Assembly (NCBI GenBank): GCA_049968435.1
Contig: JBMFQU010000001.1
Location: 609 to 64,608, forward strand
Length of the DNA stretch: 64,000 nucleotides
Origin: Brevinematia bacterium
GTDB lineage: Bacteria; Spirochaetota; Brevinematia; DTOW01
Reading direction: 5' to 3'
The translations under genes and the position numbers were made by a program. The notes under the pieces are model-generated. The model did not search any database. It was not told the DNA's origin and worked only from the letters and a program-made list of their open reading frames with translations. Positions 62,131 to 64,000 of this stretch are shown piece by piece (positions within the stretch are counted from its first letter, which is position 1; each line of letters begins with the position of its first letter).

Positions 62131-63539
62131 TATGCACCTTTAGCTTTGATTATAGCAGGTATGGTTTTTATTATTATGACTATATCAAGCCAAAATGACC
62201 AATTTTCAACATACCAGATGTCTGTTCTAACTCTAGAATCGTAATCAGATTCATTTCTACCAGAAATTTGCCACAAGCCGGTAATTCCAGGTTTAACAGA
62301 ATAATAATAAAATTTACCTTCCTCCCTATAGTACTTCTCTATCTCTTCTTTTGTAACTGCCCTAGGTCCTACAACGCTCATATCACCTATTAAAACATTT
62401 ATAAACTGAGGTAATTCATCTAAACTAAATTTCCTTATTATTCTTCCTATCTTTGTAATTCTAGGATCATCCTTAAGTTTTCTATACTTTTCCCATTCTT
62501 CTCTTTTTTGAGCATCAGTTGCTAAAATTACCTTTAATCTCTCGTCAGCATCAGAATACATACTTCTAAGTTTTAAGCAATGAAATTCGACTCCATTCTC
62601 TTTAACCCTACGTGACTTATATATAGGCCATCCAGGAGATTCAATAACTATAACGAGAGATAAAATACCAATAACAGGAAGTACAAAAACCAAAATAGCC
62701 AAACTAAATAATATATCAAAAAACCTCTTTGTTAATCTATTTATAGGAACCAAAAGATTATTTTTAACAGAAATAAACGGCAAAGTCTGATCAATAATGA
62801 ATATCATCTCACTATTCAAAAATGGAAGCCTCGATATACTAGGTACTATTAAAGTTTTTCTAACAACAGAGTGGATACTCGATATTAATCTCACATAAAA
62901 ATCTTCAGGAGCATCATCAAGAGATATCAAGGCAATATCAATATAAGAATTACTTAACTTATTCTTTATTCTATTTATAGTATCAAACGAAAAATCCTTC
63001 ACAAGTATAATCTGCCTAACTCTTATAAGTAGAGATTTATTTTTTCTAGTAGCTTCATACAAAAGTTTCTTTGAATTAAATGAATTAGTGATTATAGCAG
63101 CCCTATATGTTAAGAAAAAACTATTGTAGATTAAATATTTTGTAAGTCCTCTAAGGGTAATATTCACAGGTACATAAAATAAAGAAGTTACAATAACCAA
63201 AAACCTAGCATCAAAATCGTACCATTTACCGATATAGAATATTGACATTACTATAATAAAACTAAATAAAGAGACATTTACAATTTTTCTAGACTCTTCC
63301 CAAAAAGAAATATTACTAGTATAAAGCCGACTTAGAAGAGAAATAGAAAGAAAAACAACCCAAATCCAAGAAGGGTAAAATGGACCAACAATAGGAGGTA
63401 AATTATCAGGTAAAATATAACCAGGAGCATCAACAAATATTTTTCTAAAAATCAAACCAAGATAATTGGAAAGATAAATAGAAATAAAATCAACGAAAAG
63501 AAATATTACGAACCTTAAAATAGCTCTAACTTGATACAC
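62127..63539 (-). CDS. Polyprenyl-phosphate sugar phosphotransferase (WbaP/exopolysaccharide priming glycosyltransferase)
   Basis: Five N-terminal TM helices. The C-terminal 'bacterial sugar transferase' motifs 'DELPQFINVL' and 'SVVGPRA'. Confidence 0.8.
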   Translation of the reverse strand: MYQVRAILRFVIFLFVDFISIYLSNYLGLIFRKIFVDAPGYILPDNLPPIVGPFYPSWIWVVFLSISLLSRLYTSNISFWEESRKIVNVSLFSFIIVMSIFYIGKWYDFDARFLVIVTSLFYVPVNITLRGLTKYLIYNSFFLTYRAAIITNSFNSKKLLYEATRKNKSLLIRVRQIILVKDFSFDTINRIKNKLSNSYIDIALISLDDAPEDFYVRLISSIHSVVRKTLIVPSISRLPFLNSEMIFIIDQTLPFISVKNNLLVPINRLTKRFFDILFSLAILVFVLPVIGILSLVIVIESPGWPIYKSRRVKENGVEFHCLKLRSMYSDADERLKVILATDAQKREEWEKYRKLKDDPRITKIGRIIRKFSLDELPQFINVLIGDMSVVGPRAVTKEEIEKYYREEGKFYYYSVKPGITGLWQISGRNESDYDSRVRTDIWYVENWSFWLDIVIIIKTIPAIIKAKGAY

Positions 63540-63582
63540 ATAGAAATTTTAAATGAAAATTTTATTTTCTAACAATTTATCT

Positions 63583-64000
63583 TCAAAATCCTTTTTTCCT
63601 GTATTCAGAATGGGGACCTATGTTAAGTTCTCTAAAACTTTCTTCAACAAGGCTTTCTCTACCTATCAAGCTTTTTTCTACTATCATACCCTCAACTTTA
63701 GCTCTTTCTTCAACGATAGATTCCCTAATTATTGAAAATTTTACAGAAGCTCCCTCGTGGATAGAAACATAAGGACCAATTACAGAATCCTCAATAAAAG
63801 CATTTGGATTTATGTAAACAGGTGGGATGATAACAGAATTCTTTATATTTATACCATGATGAATTTCATTATGAAACTTTTTGAGTAACTTAGAATTAGC
63901 GTCAATAAGTTTTTCCTTACTTCCACAATCATATACCTCATCAGCAGAAAAAATTCCTATCCTCTCTCCTCTCCTTATCATCTCCATCATCGCATCAGTT
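63583..64000 (-). CDS. C-terminal part of a sugar-phosphate nucleotidyltransferase (left-handed beta-helix hexapeptide region). The gene continues beyond the window.
   Basis: Hexapeptide repeats '[LIV]G..' such as 'IEDSVIGPYVSIHEGASV'. The ORF is truncated by the window edge. Confidence 0.45.
   Translation of the reverse strand, partial: TDAMMEMIRRGERIGIFSADEVYDCGSKEKLIDANSKLLKKFHNEIHHGINIKNSVIIPPVYINPNAFIEDSVIGPYVSIHEGASVKFSIIRESIVEERAKVEGMIVEKSLIGRESLVEESFRELNIGPHSEYRKKGF

Overview
This is a bacterial chromosomal window of about 30% GC with no mobile elements or prophage. The neighbours and the GC-rich rRNA suggest a thermophilic, diderm, Thermotogae-like anaerobe, but I cannot confirm this without a search. 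The minus strand carries a complete rRNA operon, read 16S, tRNA-Ile(GAT), tRNA-Ala(TGC), 23S, 5S, at about 51.9-56.9 kb. Recognised housekeeping content covers amino-acid and cofactor synthesis (aroE, argB, thiL, folP, aroQ), cell-surface sugar synthesis (rfbD/rfbB) and chromosome maintenance (smc). It also covers central metabolism (four-subunit pyruvate:ferredoxin oxidoreductase porGDAB, ackA), ribosomal proteins (rpsB, rpsF-ssb-rpsR, rpsT), tRNA and rRNA modification (mnmE, rsmH with an ftsL-like gene), an RND efflux pump, gpsA, an RNase HIII-like gene, comFC, and the start of a polysaccharide locus. There are two orphan sensor kinases and tRNA-Ser and tRNA-Pro. The long intergenic regions are filled with a mosaic family of short palindromic repeats built on a GCGAAGC-type hairpin. 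These sit upstream of genes in the orientation of the gene. One module occurs in two copies about 95% identical and ends in a terminator-like hairpin, so it may be a multicopy small RNA or leader. One core repeat motif abuts the 5' end of an ammonium-transporter gene that lacks its N-terminal half. Other notable features follow. A perfect 277-bp tandem duplication contains a DUF2892 membrane-protein gene beside a glutaredoxin-like disulfide oxidoreductase. A divergent McsB-like guanido-kinase homolog appears to lack the catalytic Cys. A folP / bacterial-PH-domain / 646-aa transmembrane LysM-like operon lies convergent with a dual cNMP-binding regulator. A standalone Cas4-like nuclease is translationally coupled to mnmE. 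A CAAX-protease gene is interrupted by a stop. All calls come from reading the sequence and ORF translations by eye; no database search was run.
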